In this document: one piece after another, positions 8,081 through 18,519 of the stretch | Layout of the letters: each line of letters opens with the position of its first letter | Numbering within the stretch: the stretch's first letter is position 1 | Assembly: GCA_003602475.1 (NCBI GenBank) | Contig: QQSC01000010.1 | Location: 20,374 to 84,373 of the forward strand | Length of the DNA stretch: 64,000 nucleotides | Reading direction: 5' to 3' | DNA from: Candidatus Poseidoniales archaeon | GTDB lineage: Archaea; Thermoplasmatota; Poseidoniia; Poseidoniales; Poseidoniaceae | The notes under the pieces: generated by a model | The model's input: only the letters and a program-made list of their open reading frames with translations | What the model was told of the DNA's origin: nothing | The model's database searches: none | Position numbers and translations under genes: made by a program

Positions 8081-9127
8081 ATGAACGTGATGCTCGGTAA
8101 CACAGCCTACGTTGTCTCTCGCGCCAAGTCGCGAAGGCAAAAGCTGGCCGACCGAGCCCGTCTGCGTCAACTCATCAACCAATCCGTTGACCAACTTTCG
8201 GTGGCAGTTGGCGACATCGGTTACAGAACTGAACTCGACCTCTATGCCGGTAAGTTGACTGGGGGAGATTTGATCGAAGCTGCCCTTACGCACAACCTCG
8301 AAGCTGAGTTGTCCAACGTGCTCGACATGACCTCGGGGAAAATCCGAAGCCTGATTGAGATCTACACGGGTCGTTTTGAGTATCAGAATGCCAAAGCCGT
8401 GCTTCGAGCCATTCACAACGAGGTGGCCATCGAAGAGGTGGCCAATTCCATTCTTCCCGAATTAAACGACATCAACACGCCGTGGTTGAAGGTGGTCGAA
8501 AGTTGCGACGACCTTCGCTCTGCCGCTGTGCTCATGAAACGCAAATCGTTCGGTCCATCTCTGCTGAAGGTTCCAGAAGACGGTTCCTTGGCTGATTACG
8601 AAGATGCGTTGGATCGCCATTACTATGCCGAGGCTCGCGAGGCTCTCCGGACGGCTAAAGGCGCTCCAGCCCGAATTCTGGCCAAGCAATTTGCAGCTGA
8701 AATTGATCACCGCAACATCGCTAACATACTGGAAGCAAGTGCAGTGGGCATTGGCCGTGAGCAATTGGTGTCGCTGTTGATTCCTGGCGGCTCACTGATT
8801 CCACGACGTGCTTTTGCAGCCATCGCAAACGGCGGAGAAGAAGCCATGATTGACCTCCTCCGCTCGTCAAAATCCTTTGACATTGCAGGCTTTGAGCATG
8901 CCTTGAGCGACACCAAAGCCACCCGAAGCCTTGACCCCGTGATCACATGGCTGAAAACACGAGAGGCAGGCATGATGCGCAGGATGAGCTACCTCCATCC
9001 CGTGTCAGCCCTGCCAATCATCCATTATGTGGCGATGAAGGTTCAGGAAGTCACTGACCTACGACTGATCGTACGAGGTCGCATGGCGGGTTTGTCCGCC
9101 GAAGTGCTGGAAGCACACGTTTTGTGA
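8081..9127 (+). CDS. atpC: A-type ATP synthase subunit C
   Basis: The ATG at 8081 comes directly after a gaggtg SD and the atpE stop (8074..8076). The protein is 348 aa and helical. MLGNTAYVVSRAKSRRQKL and YEYQNAKAVLRA are typical of V/A-type subunit C (d). Confidence 0.9.
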   Translation: MNVMLGNTAYVVSRAKSRRQKLADRARLRQLINQSVDQLSVAVGDIGYRTELDLYAGKLTGGDLIEAALTHNLEAELSNVLDMTSGKIRSLIEIYTGRFEYQNAKAVLRAIHNEVAIEEVANSILPELNDINTPWLKVVESCDDLRSAAVLMKRKSFGPSLLKVPEDGSLADYEDALDRHYYAEAREALRTAKGAPARILAKQFAAEIDHRNIANILEASAVGIGREQLVSLLIPGGSLIPRRAFAAIANGGEEAMIDLLRSSKSFDIAGFEHALSDTKATRSLDPVITWLKTREAGMMRRMSYLHPVSALPIIHYVAMKVQEVTDLRLIVRGRMAGLSAEVLEAHVL

Positions 9128-9137
9128 GGTGAAATGA

Positions 9138-9437
9138 ATGGAAATCGCAGTCGTTGGTTCCCCCGCATTCACCCTGGGCTTCCAGCTCGCAGGTCTTTCC
9201 GACCTGCACAATCCAGAAAACGAAGAAGCGTTGCACTCAACGCTCCGTTCCCTACTCAACAACAAGAGCGTTGGTATCGTGGTGGTCGACTCCGTCATGA
9301 TGACCAACCTCCCCGATCGTTTGCGCTCGCAACTTTCGGCATCCGTCTCCCCCACCGTGCTCGGCATCGGAACGGAGGAAGACACCACCTTGCGGGACAC
9401 CATCCGCAAGGCCATAGGAGTCGATTTGTGGAAGTGA
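9138..9437 (+). CDS. atpF: A-type ATP synthase subunit F
   Basis: 99 aa, [20 protein letters not shown] ... VGIVVVD, which is the classic AtpF layout. A gaggtg SD lies upstream. Confidence 0.9.
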   Translation: MEIAVVGSPAFTLGFQLAGLSDLHNPENEEALHSTLRSLLNNKSVGIVVVDSVMMTNLPDRLRSQLSASVSPTVLGIGTEEDTTLRDTIRKAIGVDLWK

Positions 9438-9462
9438 TGTTCCACCCCAGGAGGAAAACAGA

Positions 9463-11202
9463 ATGAGCAATGAAGGAGTAATTTACCGAATTTCCGGCCC
9501 GGTGGTCACCGCGACCGGTATGAACGCTGCAATGTACGACGTGGTTCGTGTTGGTCACGAAGGCCTGATGGGCGAAGTGATTGAACTGCACGGAGAAAAA
9601 GCCGTGATTCAGGTTTACGAAGACACCTCGGGTATTCGCCCGGGGGAACCCGTCCTGAACACCGAAGAGACGTTGTCCGTTTCACTTGGTCCGGGTCTTC
9701 TCACCCAGATTTACGACGGTATTCAGCGACCTCTGGCCACCCTCGAAGAAGTCATGGGTGTGTTCATCACCCGTGGTGTCGACGCCGACGCCTTCGACCT
9801 CGAGAAGAAGTGGACCTTTGAGCCTCAAGCCTCCAAGGGCGACGAAGTGACCGGTGGAAACGTCATCGGGCACGTGCAAGAAACCGAAACCATCGTCCAC
9901 AAAATCATGGTTCCCCCCGGTAAGAGTGGAACGATTAAGGACATCAAATCTGGCGATTTCAACGTCACCGAAACGGTGTGCACACTCGAGGACGGGACCG
10001 AACTGCAAATGATGCAGAAGTGGCCTGTCCGTACCCCTCGTCCGTTCACCCAGAAGTACGCCCCGGACACCCCCTTGGTGACTGGAATGCGAATTCTTGA
10101 CTTTTTGTTCCCCCTGGCAAAGGGCGGTGCTGCCGGTATTCCCGGTCCATTCGGATCTGGAAAAACGGTCACTCAACAATCCCTCGCCAAGTACTCCGAC
10201 GCTCAACTTGTGGTTTACATTGGATGCGGCGAGCGTGGCAACGAAATGACAGAAGTGTTGGACGAATTCCCTCACTTGATTGACCCGAACACCGGGAAGC
10301 CGTTGATGAACCGCACCGTGATGATTGCCAACACCTCGAACATGCCAGTGGCCGCTCGAGAAGCGTCGGTTTACACCGGTATCACCATCGCCGAGTACTT
10401 CCGAGACATGGGATACGATGTGGCACTCATGGCCGACTCCACCTCGCGATGGGCTGAAGCCATGCGTGAGATTTCCTCCCGACTTGAAGAGATGCCCGGT
10501 GAAGAAGGCTACCCTGCCTACCTTTCATCCCGAATTGCAGAATTCTACGAACGTGCTGGCCGTGTGGAGACCCTCAGCGGCGAGGACGGCTCCGTTACCG
10601 TCATCGGTGCGGTTTCACCACCTGGCGGTGACATCTCTGAACCGGTGTCCCAAGGTACCCTCCGAATTGTCAAGGTGTTCTGGGGTCTTGATGCTGGATT
10701 GGCACGACAACGTCACTTCCCCGCCATCAACTGGCTCAATTCCTACTCTCTCTACCCGCAGAGTTTGGACCAGTGGTTCCGCGACAACATCGCACAGGAT
10801 TTCCCCGAGATTCGAACACAGATCAGCGGTCTGCTTCAAACCGAGTCCGAGCTCCAAGAGATCGTCCAACTCGTCGGTTCGGATGCTTTGCCGGTCGACC
10901 AACAGTTGACCCTTGAAGTGGCTCGTATGATTCGTGAGTACTTCCTTCAGCAGAACGGGTTCCACGATGTTGACGCCTACTGTGACATCCACTTGCAGTA
11001 CCAGATGGCCAAGGCCATTCTCACCTTCCAAGACGCTGCCAAAACGGCCATGGCGTCAGGCGCTCAACTCAACGATGTGGTGAACGTTCCCGCTCGCTCT
11101 GACCTCATTCGTGGTCGGTTCGAAAAGGGCTACATCAACGATATTGAGGGCATGGTCAAGAAGATGACCAACGAAATTGCCGACACGGTGGAGACCAACT
11201 GA
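9463..11202 (+). CDS. atpA: A-type ATP synthase catalytic subunit A
   Basis: Contains GPFGSGKTV (Walker A) and the non-homologous region typical of A/V-type A subunits, plus [16 protein letters not shown] and [10 protein letters not shown]. Confidence 0.98.
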   Translation: MSNEGVIYRISGPVVTATGMNAAMYDVVRVGHEGLMGEVIELHGEKAVIQVYEDTSGIRPGEPVLNTEETLSVSLGPGLLTQIYDGIQRPLATLEEVMGVFITRGVDADAFDLEKKWTFEPQASKGDEVTGGNVIGHVQETETIVHKIMVPPGKSGTIKDIKSGDFNVTETVCTLEDGTELQMMQKWPVRTPRPFTQKYAPDTPLVTGMRILDFLFPLAKGGAAGIPGPFGSGKTVTQQSLAKYSDAQLVVYIGCGERGNEMTEVLDEFPHLIDPNTGKPLMNRTVMIANTSNMPVAAREASVYTGITIAEYFRDMGYDVALMADSTSRWAEAMREISSRLEEMPGEEGYPAYLSSRIAEFYERAGRVETLSGEDGSVTVIGAVSPPGGDISEPVSQGTLRIVKVFWGLDAGLARQRHFPAINWLNSYSLYPQSLDQWFRDNIAQDFPEIRTQISGLLQTESELQEIVQLVGSDALPVDQQLTLEVARMIREYFLQQNGFHDVDAYCDIHLQYQMAKAILTFQDAAKTAMASGAQLNDVVNVPARSDLIRGRFEKGYINDIEGMVKKMTNEIADTVETN

Positions 11203-11215
11203 GGAGAGGATTGAG

Positions 11216-12595
11216 ATGACTGGAAAAGAATACCGCACAATTACCGACGTCAAAGGACCGTTGGTCTTTTTGAACAAAACCGAGCCTGTGGCTTTCGGTG
11301 AAATCGTAACCCTCCGCCTCGCCAATGGCGACATCAAGAACGGACAAGTGCTCGACACTTCCGATGACCTTGTGATCGTCCAAGTGTTCGAAGGAACGGC
11401 TAAAATCAACCGAGAAACCGGTGTTACCTTCATGGGTGATGTCTTCAAACTCCCGGTGAGCACGGATTTGATTGGCCGTATTTTGGACGGTGCAGGCCGA
11501 CCACGTGACGGCGGACCAGAGATCGTCGCGGAAGAGAAGGCTGACATCATCGGTGCAGCCATCAACCCTTACAGCCGTCAATCTCCCCACGATTTCATTC
11601 AAACGGGCATCTCGGCCATTGACTGCTGCACAACACTGGTTCGTGGGCAGAAGTTGCCCATTTTCTCTGCATCAGGTTTGCCACACAACGACATTGCTTT
11701 GCAAATCGCACGACAAGCCAAGTTGCAGGACTCTGATGAAGAATTTATTGTCGTGTTCTGCGCCATGGGGATCACAGCTGAAGAATACAATTTCTTCCGT
11801 TCTGACCTCGAGCGAACCGGGGCCCTCGAAAACGCTGTGTTGTTCGTCAATTTGGCCGACGACCCGGCCGTTGAGCGAATCATCACCCCTCGTTTGGCCT
11901 TGACCGCTGCAGAGTACCTTGCCTTTGAGAAAGACTACCACGTTCTCGTGATTTACACGGACATGACGAACTATTGCGACGCTCTGCGCCAAATTGGTGC
12001 AGCACGTGAAGAAGTGCCAGGTCGTCGTGGTTACCCTGGTTACATGTACACGGATTTGGCCATGCTCTACGAGCGTGCAGGTATCGTGAAGGGCAAGAAA
12101 GGGTCCATCACTCAATTCCCAATCTTGACCATGCCTGGTGATGACATCACTCACCCGATTCCCGACCTGTCGGGTTACATTACCGAAGGACAGATTGTGA
12201 TCAGCCGTGAATTGCATCAGCAGGGTATCTACCCGCCGATCAACGTTCTGCCGTCCCTTTCCCGCCTGATGGGTTCATGCATTGGCGAGAAAACCACCCG
12301 AGAGGATCACAAATCTGTCTCTGACCAAATGTACGCCGCCTACGCTCAAGGTCGTGAACTTCGAGGATTGGTCGCCATCGTTGGTGAAGACGCCTTGAAC
12401 GAACGTGACAAGCAACTTCTCGACTTCTCCGGAATCTTCGAGGACAAGTTCCTTCGCCAATCCCGTGACGAAGACCGTTCAATCAATGAAACCCTGGATT
12501 TGTGCTGGAACCTCATGGCCAACATCGACACAAAATATCTTGTTCGATTGGACCAGAAGTGGATCGAGAAGTACCATCCTGAAAACCGAGCTTGA
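11216..12595 (+). CDS. atpB: A-type ATP synthase subunit B
   Basis: The ATG at 11216 follows gaggagagg. Motifs [30 protein letters not shown] and [20 protein letters not shown] are present. Confidence 0.98.
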   Translation: MTGKEYRTITDVKGPLVFLNKTEPVAFGEIVTLRLANGDIKNGQVLDTSDDLVIVQVFEGTAKINRETGVTFMGDVFKLPVSTDLIGRILDGAGRPRDGGPEIVAEEKADIIGAAINPYSRQSPHDFIQTGISAIDCCTTLVRGQKLPIFSASGLPHNDIALQIARQAKLQDSDEEFIVVFCAMGITAEEYNFFRSDLERTGALENAVLFVNLADDPAVERIITPRLALTAAEYLAFEKDYHVLVIYTDMTNYCDALRQIGAAREEVPGRRGYPGYMYTDLAMLYERAGIVKGKKGSITQFPILTMPGDDITHPIPDLSGYITEGQIVISRELHQQGIYPPINVLPSLSRLMGSCIGEKTTREDHKSVSDQMYAAYAQGRELRGLVAIVGEDALNERDKQLLDFSGIFEDKFLRQSRDEDRSINETLDLCWNLMANIDTKYLVRLDQKWIEKYHPENRA

Positions 12596-12618
12596 GCAAC
12601 CATACGAGGTGAGACCCC

Positions 12619-13236
12619 ATGGCTTTGGACATTAAACCAACCAGAAGCGAACTCATCAAGCTCAAAGGCCGCATCAAGCAAACCAAAAACGGTTACAAGC
12701 TTCTAAAGATGAAGCGTGACGGTTTGTTTCACGAGTTCCGTCAATTGTTGGCTGAAATGATTGAAGCCAAGCGAGAACTCACCGATGCCTACCGCCTCGC
12801 AAAGACCAGAATCGACCTGGCCAACGCCATCGAAGGTGGTTTGGCTGTCCGAGCTGCGGCCATCGCCAACTCCGCCCACCCTGAAGTCGAGGTTTCACCT
12901 CGCAACATCATGGGTGTCGTCGTTCCAAGCGTGAGCGGTACCAACCTCAAATCGACGTTCGCCGAGCGTGGCGTCGGTTTCATCGGTTCTTCACCCTACA
13001 TCGACGAAGCCAGCGAGTCGTTTAGCGAACTCATCGAGAAGATCGTTCGTGCCTCTGAGATGGAAGCCACACTCAAGCGCCTGTTGGCAGAAATAGAAGC
13101 CACCAAGCGTCGTGTCAACGCTCTCGAATTCAAGGTCATCCCTGAACTTGAAGAAGCAAAAGTGTTCATTCAGCTCCGCCTTGAGGAGATGGAACGCGAA
13201 GAAACCTTCCGTCTCAAGCGGTTCAAGAACAAGTGA
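12619..13236 (+). CDS. atpD: A-type ATP synthase subunit D (central stalk)
   Basis: The N-terminus is IKPTRSELIKLKGRIKQTKNGYKLLKMKRD. The coiled-coil C-terminus contains RRVNALEFKVIPELEE. A gaggtg SD lies upstream. Confidence 0.95.
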   Translation: MALDIKPTRSELIKLKGRIKQTKNGYKLLKMKRDGLFHEFRQLLAEMIEAKRELTDAYRLAKTRIDLANAIEGGLAVRAAAIANSAHPEVEVSPRNIMGVVVPSVSGTNLKSTFAERGVGFIGSSPYIDEASESFSELIEKIVRASEMEATLKRLLAEIEATKRRVNALEFKVIPELEEAKVFIQLRLEEMEREETFRLKRFKNK

Positions 13237-13303
13237 TGAGCCCCGTACCCTCAACGAGGGATTCATGGGGGATGGGCGATAGCGACAACACACCGGTGAG
13301 TCC

Positions 13304-15835
13304 ATGACGTCCGAAGGAGAACACGACCACCAACCATTGCCCCACCATAAGCGGGCATGGAATCAGGTTGACCTCCTCTCGAGCATCATTGGCCGTTACG
13401 TTCACGTCCTTAACCGGCACAGCGATTCATGGCCATCATGGGATGTTGCTGTGAAAGAAGACGAAGACATCCATGAAGTGTGCCTCCTCGTCAATCAACA
13501 TCTGTCAAAATTGGGATGGTTGTCAAAGCTTACCAGGAGCAAAGATGGCTGGGCCATGACCGTCCTTCCGTTGCCCGAACGCCAATTTCCGCGGAAAGGC
13601 GGGTTGCTGTTGTTTTGGGTCCTTTCTTCCTTGACCCTCACCTTGGCTGCCGATGTTTGGACGCGTCCGGTCCGTCAATCGGGGGGATGGTTTTCAACCT
13701 CGAGTTTTGTTGATGCGTTCCTTGGATATGCAGGTCCTGTGTTGTCCGTGCTTGCCATCGCTACCGTCGTTCATTGGGCGGTGGCGAAACACCACGGTGT
13801 TCGTGCTGGCACATTGATGCCAGTGCCAGACCTCACCATCGCTTTGTTTGCCATCGGCTTGTTTCCACACGGCTGGCTTTTGTGGCCGTTTGGGATGCTC
13901 TTGATTCCAAGCCTTCCACGAATGGATGCTCGGCCGTGGCCGGACCGTGCGTCGTTGGGTTACACAGCGCTCAGTGTACCGCTCGTGATGGGTGCGGGTG
14001 GCGTGATGCTTTTCGTTCTCGGCATGTTCCAAACACCAGAATACATCGCAGCCACCTCTGCGCCATTGTTGACCCAGCCACCGGTCCTCCTCTCCCTCCT
14101 TTCCGTTGAATTGATTCACCCTGACGCTCTTACTCGCCTCGCTTGGGCTCACCCTTGGGTCCACGCTGGCGGTTTCTTGATGCTGATGGCATGGATCTCC
14201 TTGTTGCCCATCCCTACATTCCCCGGGGGTCGTTTGTTGGTGGCACGAATGGGTTTGTTTGAAGCACGCAGTTCCTCAACCCAAAGTCTTCTTTTCGTGA
14301 CGGCTCTTGTGTTTGCTTATGTGTTCGGTGTGTTTACAACCTTCTCATTGTGGTATCTGGTCTTGGCTCTCGTGTTGCCACTGCTGTTCTTTTTCGGTAA
14401 CAACCTTGGCAGCCCAGTCATTCTGGACGAGACCAAAGGCCTCAGTGAATCACAACACCGCCGCTTAGGATTGTTGCTTCTGGTTGTCTTTTTGTTTTTG
14501 TTGCCCGCTCAACAACCTGTGGTGCACGGGGATTCATGGAACGAGCCAATGAGCGTGACCGTTGCCTCGCCACCTCTCGCGGAGTTGCTGGAAAACGGGA
14601 CTTGGGTTTCAAGGAGCGAACTCCGAGTGACCAATCCTTCCTACCTCGCCCAACCCTTTGCCATCGATTTGCGGCATGAACAGCGCCATGTGCCTTGGCA
14701 TGCAGTATGGGATTGCGACGGACTTGACTCCTGGGCTCTCAACGGCAACAACGGATGTGGTGATGTTCTTCTTCCCGGCCGCACGGCAATTTTCTGGGTG
14801 AACCATACGTGGGAGGCTTCATCGATGCCCACGAAATCCAATTTCACCTACATCGTTGAACTGGACGGTGTCGTATCCTTGCATGAGCAGACGGTGATGC
14901 CATCCTTGGAAGTGGTGCCATCCGATCACTGGTTTGACGTTGAGGCTGAGCCACCGCAACGCTGCGTCAATCTCCACGGAGTTTTGACGACATCGAATGA
15001 ACTCAATGTTAGCATCGACGGCGTTGTTCTCCCCAACTTGACCTTGGAATCGGTTCAATTTGTGGGCGGCGGTTTGGACATGTCGTTGCTCACGGTTCCC
15101 GACCGCGTGTGCATGTCGGGTGTTGATCCGGTTGTCCTGGATGCAGCATCGTCCACGATTCAACTCAACAACGACACGTTCGATGTTCTCAAACCCATGA
15201 AGGAAGCCCATCTTCAGGCCTTTGTGCCAGAAAGTGGCTGGCTCCTTGACGCCAACACCACCGCATGGGGTGGTTTGTTGGACCAAGGCGGTGTGCTTCA
15301 ACGAGGCGATGTTTGTGCCATCAACACCACGATGAGCAACCCTCCATCGCCGGTTTCGGGTCCTTGGATTTGGGACACGAACGTGAGAGAAGCAGGCCAC
15401 ATGCCCTCCATTGAAGCCGGCCAACCCCTTACGTTGAACATCGATGACGGAACCAACGTTTCCGTCTGCAGCGACCCATTTTCGCCATATCCACGATTGA
15501 AATTCCAAGTCACTCAAGGCCCAGAACTGCTTGTCAACTGGTTGAACACCACCACCCGATTCCCGACTCAGCCTTGGGCGTTGGCCTCCAACGGAACCCT
15601 TCTCAATGCAGGTATGGGGTCGCTGTCGTTCACCAACCCCTCCAATGAGAGCGTCCCGTTTCGCCTCTCGAGAGAAGGTGGATTTGGAGAGGAGTGGTCG
15701 CATGATTGGGACGGTACAGATCTCGGGCCTGGAACAACTTCACTGAACTTGGTCCCTCCCTCCTCGCCCCTTGCGACCATGTGGGTGACGTTTGAGTCTA
15801 ACTCGTTTGTTTTGCACTTGGCGACATATTCGTGA
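13304..15835 (+). CDS. polytopic membrane protein: M50 (site-2 protease/EGY-like) homolog lacking catalytic residues, fused to ~450-aa sequon-rich extracytoplasmic domain
   Basis: VHWAVAKHHGVRAGTLMPVP aligns with GHyLaArrhGV...P of EGY-type M50 proteases. PDRASLGYTALSVPLVMG aligns with pnRkaLfDIgiAGPlaG. AWISLLPIPTFPGGRLL aligns with NLlPvgqLDGGh. The HExxH position reads ATVVH and the LDGG Asp is Pro. The C-terminal half has about 12 N-x-S/T sequons. This alignment was done by eye. Confidence 0.7.
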   Translation: MTSEGEHDHQPLPHHKRAWNQVDLLSSIIGRYVHVLNRHSDSWPSWDVAVKEDEDIHEVCLLVNQHLSKLGWLSKLTRSKDGWAMTVLPLPERQFPRKGGLLLFWVLSSLTLTLAADVWTRPVRQSGGWFSTSSFVDAFLGYAGPVLSVLAIATVVHWAVAKHHGVRAGTLMPVPDLTIALFAIGLFPHGWLLWPFGMLLIPSLPRMDARPWPDRASLGYTALSVPLVMGAGGVMLFVLGMFQTPEYIAATSAPLLTQPPVLLSLLSVELIHPDALTRLAWAHPWVHAGGFLMLMAWISLLPIPTFPGGRLLVARMGLFEARSSSTQSLLFVTALVFAYVFGVFTTFSLWYLVLALVLPLLFFFGNNLGSPVILDETKGLSESQHRRLGLLLLVVFLFLLPAQQPVVHGDSWNEPMSVTVASPPLAELLENGTWVSRSELRVTNPSYLAQPFAIDLRHEQRHVPWHAVWDCDGLDSWALNGNNGCGDVLLPGRTAIFWVNHTWEASSMPTKSNFTYIVELDGVVSLHEQTVMPSLEVVPSDHWFDVEAEPPQRCVNLHGVLTTSNELNVSIDGVVLPNLTLESVQFVGGGLDMSLLTVPDRVCMSGVDPVVLDAASSTIQLNNDTFDVLKPMKEAHLQAFVPESGWLLDANTTAWGGLLDQGGVLQRGDVCAINTTMSNPPSPVSGPWIWDTNVREAGHMPSIEAGQPLTLNIDDGTNVSVCSDPFSPYPRLKFQVTQGPELLVNWLNTTTRFPTQPWALASNGTLLNAGMGSLSFTNPSNESVPFRLSREGGFGEEWSHDWDGTDLGPGTTSLNLVPPSSPLATMWVTFESNSFVLHLATYS

Positions 15836-15844
15836 GGCGAGAGA

Positions 15845-16771
15845 ATGAACATTGCAGTGATTGGCCTTGGCTCCATTGGTTCAGTTTTTGCCTCACAGTT
15901 CGCCACAACAGACCACCCCCTCCATCTTCATGTCCGCGGCGAGCACGGCGCCATGATGGCCCTCGATGGCATCACAGTCCATGCCGATAAATCGTTCACG
16001 CTTCCTCCTCAGCGTTGTTTTTGGTCATTCGAAGAATTGGATTGGCCCGAACAGCAAACCGATTGGGCCGATGTTGTGTTCATCTGCACCAAAGCCTACG
16101 ATGTCTCTGCGTCGCTGGATGTTGCTGAATTGACAGTGAGAAAGGGTGGGATTGTGGTCGCCTTGGCCAACGGATTAGGCCATCTCGAGACCCTTGTTTC
16201 CAGGTTTGGGCACGACCAATCTGCCGTGGCCACAACAACTCACGGGGCGTATCGCGAACCCTCTGGTGTCGTTCAGTGGGTCGGTAAAGGTGGTGTGGAA
16301 CTTTCCATGTCGCCTTTGGCCAATGTTGAATCGCTGAAACCGTTGGAGGAGTTGCTCAATGAAGCTGGCTTGAACGCAACCATTCACCGGGAAGTCCACT
16401 CAATGGTTTGGGACAAACTCATCCTCAATTTGGCAGTGAACCCCATCGCTGCACTGGCAGGCTTGACCAACGGTGAACTCCTGTCAACGAATTTGTTCAG
16501 CACTTGCATGGAAGTCTACCGTGAAGCCTCCAATGTGGCCAAGGCTGAACGCATCGATGTCCTTGACGAAGTCGATTTTGAGAACCGCCTTCGCCACGTG
16601 TTGGAAGCCACAGCGGACAACGAATGCAGCATGCTTCAGGACCTTAAAGCCGGCCGAACAACCGAAATTGCCTCAATGAACCATGCGGTGGTGGTCCTCG
16701 CTGAGCGTCACGGCCTCCGATTGCCCCTCAATCAAGCCCTTGCCGCCATGATCACGGCTTGCCATCCGTGA
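15845..16771 (+). CDS. panE: 2-dehydropantoate 2-reductase (ketopantoate reductase)
   Basis: MNIAVIGLGSIGSVFA is the Rossmann motif. TKAYD, LANGLGH and GRTTEIASMNHAVV match ApbA/PanE family landmarks. Confidence 0.85.
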   Translation: MNIAVIGLGSIGSVFASQFATTDHPLHLHVRGEHGAMMALDGITVHADKSFTLPPQRCFWSFEELDWPEQQTDWADVVFICTKAYDVSASLDVAELTVRKGGIVVALANGLGHLETLVSRFGHDQSAVATTTHGAYREPSGVVQWVGKGGVELSMSPLANVESLKPLEELLNEAGLNATIHREVHSMVWDKLILNLAVNPIAALAGLTNGELLSTNLFSTCMEVYREASNVAKAERIDVLDEVDFENRLRHVLEATADNECSMLQDLKAGRTTEIASMNHAVVVLAERHGLRLPLNQALAAMITACHP

Positions 16772-18386
16772 GTAAATCGAGATTGAAATGCAAGCCCATG
16801 TTGGTGGGTTGCTTGATTGCACTTTCCACCACCAACCGACCTGTGAGTGCTAAATTTCGCAATTCAATGATGTCACGATCGGGTATGGATTCTTTCCACA
16901 TCATGGCGATTTCATCATGGAGCAACGCAAGTCGGCGGTGAGCCCGTCGCAACCGCTGATGGGTTCGAACAATTCCCACTTCCTGGCTCATCGTGGCCAA
17001 GAGGCTCTGTCGATCGTGGACCAGAGGTGTGTGCTCGACCAGTGCATCCAACCCCTCAGCGCGCCATGCGGGGTGGTTTCCTTCGTACGGTTCGGGTGGA
17101 TACTCAATCAGATGTTCAGCTGCCCGATGAGCATAGACCACGGCTTCGAGCAAACTGTTGGATGCCAACCGGTTCGCCCCGTGCATCCCGGTGCAGGCCA
17201 CTTCCCCAATGGCGAACAGGTGGGGCATGGGCTCTGAACGGTCGCGAAGCATGACCCTCCCAAGGTCGTCCACCTCCAAACCTCCGACCATGTAGTGAGC
17301 CGCGGGCAGAACGGGAATGGGGTCCTCTCCTAGCACAAGCCGTTCTTGGCTCAACCGGAGAGCAATGTTTGGAAAGTTGTCTTCAAGGTGAGGCCGACTC
17401 AAATGAGCGGTAATCAACCAGACATGGTTCTCACCGGAGGCCTTCAATTCTTGATCAATGGCTCGCGCCACAATGTCTCGAGTGGCCATCGAACCTTGTT
17501 GGGAGTGACGCAAGGTGAATGAAAAAGCATGAGGTGTTGGTTGCTCGTTCCCGTTCAGGCTTGCTTGTTCACAAGCTTCCTGCCACGTTCGGAGATCATC
17601 CGAACTCAGCAACACAGCACCTTCGCCGCGAAGGGCTTCAGTGATCAAAAACGGCCGGGTGGCGGAGGAATGAAGGGCGGTTGGATGGAATTGAATAAAC
17701 GCCATGTCTTTAGCGCAGGCACCGGCTCTATAGCCCATCGCCAAACCATCTCCCGTAGCGACACTTGGGTTGGTGGTGTGAGCCCACAATCTTCCAACTC
17801 CTCCTGTGGCGAGGACGATGGCATCGGCTTGCACCGTGTCAACACGTCCGTTTTGCTGGTCAAGGCACCATGCTCCCGCTACACCTTGTTCGGGGCGTCC
17901 ATGTTCACGCTGAATCAAATCAATGGCGAGGGTGTTGGTTCGAAGGACAATGTTTGGATTCGCCACGGCTTTGGCGACGAGGGCCCGTTCGATCTCTCGG
18001 CCTGTCGTGTCCTTGGCGTGAAGAATCCTCGGCTCGGAGTGCCCTCCTTCTTTGGCCAGTGAAAATTCTCCATGCTCATCTGCATGAAAGTTGACACCGA
18101 TTTCAATGAGGTCCTGAATACGCTGGCCTGCCTCGCCGATGACCGAGCGAACAACCGCCTCATCGCACGCACCGTCCCCGGAACGAAGGGTGTCTTCGAT
18201 GTGAGCTTGGATGGCGTCGGTGTCGTCGCTGTCAAGAATTGCAGCGATGCCTCCTTGGGCCCAATTCGTGGACGAATCTTTGGCCCGCTGCTTTGTTACC
18301 ACAACGACCTGGTGCCCGGCATCGGCCAAGCGATTTGCAGCAAAAAGACCAGCAATGCCACTGCCGATGATCATGACCTTGCTCAT
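16752..18386 (-). CDS. nadB: L-aspartate oxidase
   Basis: VMIIGSGIAGLFAA is the FAD motif. FIQFHPTAL, RGEGAVL and GEVACTGMHGANRLASNSLLE are NadB/fumarate-reductase flavoprotein landmarks. The gene overlaps the panE 3' end convergently by 20 nt. Confidence 0.95.
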   Translation of the reverse strand: MSKVMIIGSGIAGLFAANRLADAGHQVVVVTKQRAKDSSTNWAQGGIAAILDSDDTDAIQAHIEDTLRSGDGACDEAVVRSVIGEAGQRIQDLIEIGVNFHADEHGEFSLAKEGGHSEPRILHAKDTTGREIERALVAKAVANPNIVLRTNTLAIDLIQREHGRPEQGVAGAWCLDQQNGRVDTVQADAIVLATGGVGRLWAHTTNPSVATGDGLAMGYRAGACAKDMAFIQFHPTALHSSATRPFLITEALRGEGAVLLSSDDLRTWQEACEQASLNGNEQPTPHAFSFTLRHSQQGSMATRDIVARAIDQELKASGENHVWLITAHLSRPHLEDNFPNIALRLSQERLVLGEDPIPVLPAAHYMVGGLEVDDLGRVMLRDRSEPMPHLFAIGEVACTGMHGANRLASNSLLEAVVYAHRAAEHLIEYPPEPYEGNHPAWRAEGLDALVEHTPLVHDRQSLLATMSQEVGIVRTHQRLRRAHRRLALLHDEIAMMWKESIPDRDIIELRNLALTGRLVVESAIKQPTNMGLHFNLDLLTDGKP

Positions 18387-18519
18387 CGCTCATCGCTCCT
18401 TGAATTCGCTACGGCTTCCCCTTCTTCATCGTAATGGGTGTCTTGTCGGGCGCGATAGCCATATCAATCGGCTCCACCTCGTCGGGTTGGGTCTGCAAGT
18501 GAAAGGAGGCATCGGTACA

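Noticed and set aside
13247-13259. Short hairpin CCCTC-AAC-GAGGG after atpD as a terminator
   Set aside because: It has only a 5-bp stem and no following T-tract. Archaeal termination usually relies on oligo-T, so the evidence is insufficient.
14675-14689. HEQRH (an HExxH pattern) in the C-terminal domain of the M50-like protein
   Set aside because: It lies in the predicted extracytoplasmic soluble domain, far from the membrane-embedded M50 active-site position, with no surrounding metalloprotease context. A chance HExxH match in an 843-aa protein is not improbable. I mention it only so it is not mistaken for the missing catalytic motif.
14819-15703. 294-aa minus-strand ORF inside the M50-like gene
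   Set aside because: It is antisense to a continuous 843-codon ORF whose product has a coherent topology (TM core plus a sequon-rich outer domain). The minus translation is Arg/Gly/His-rich without features.
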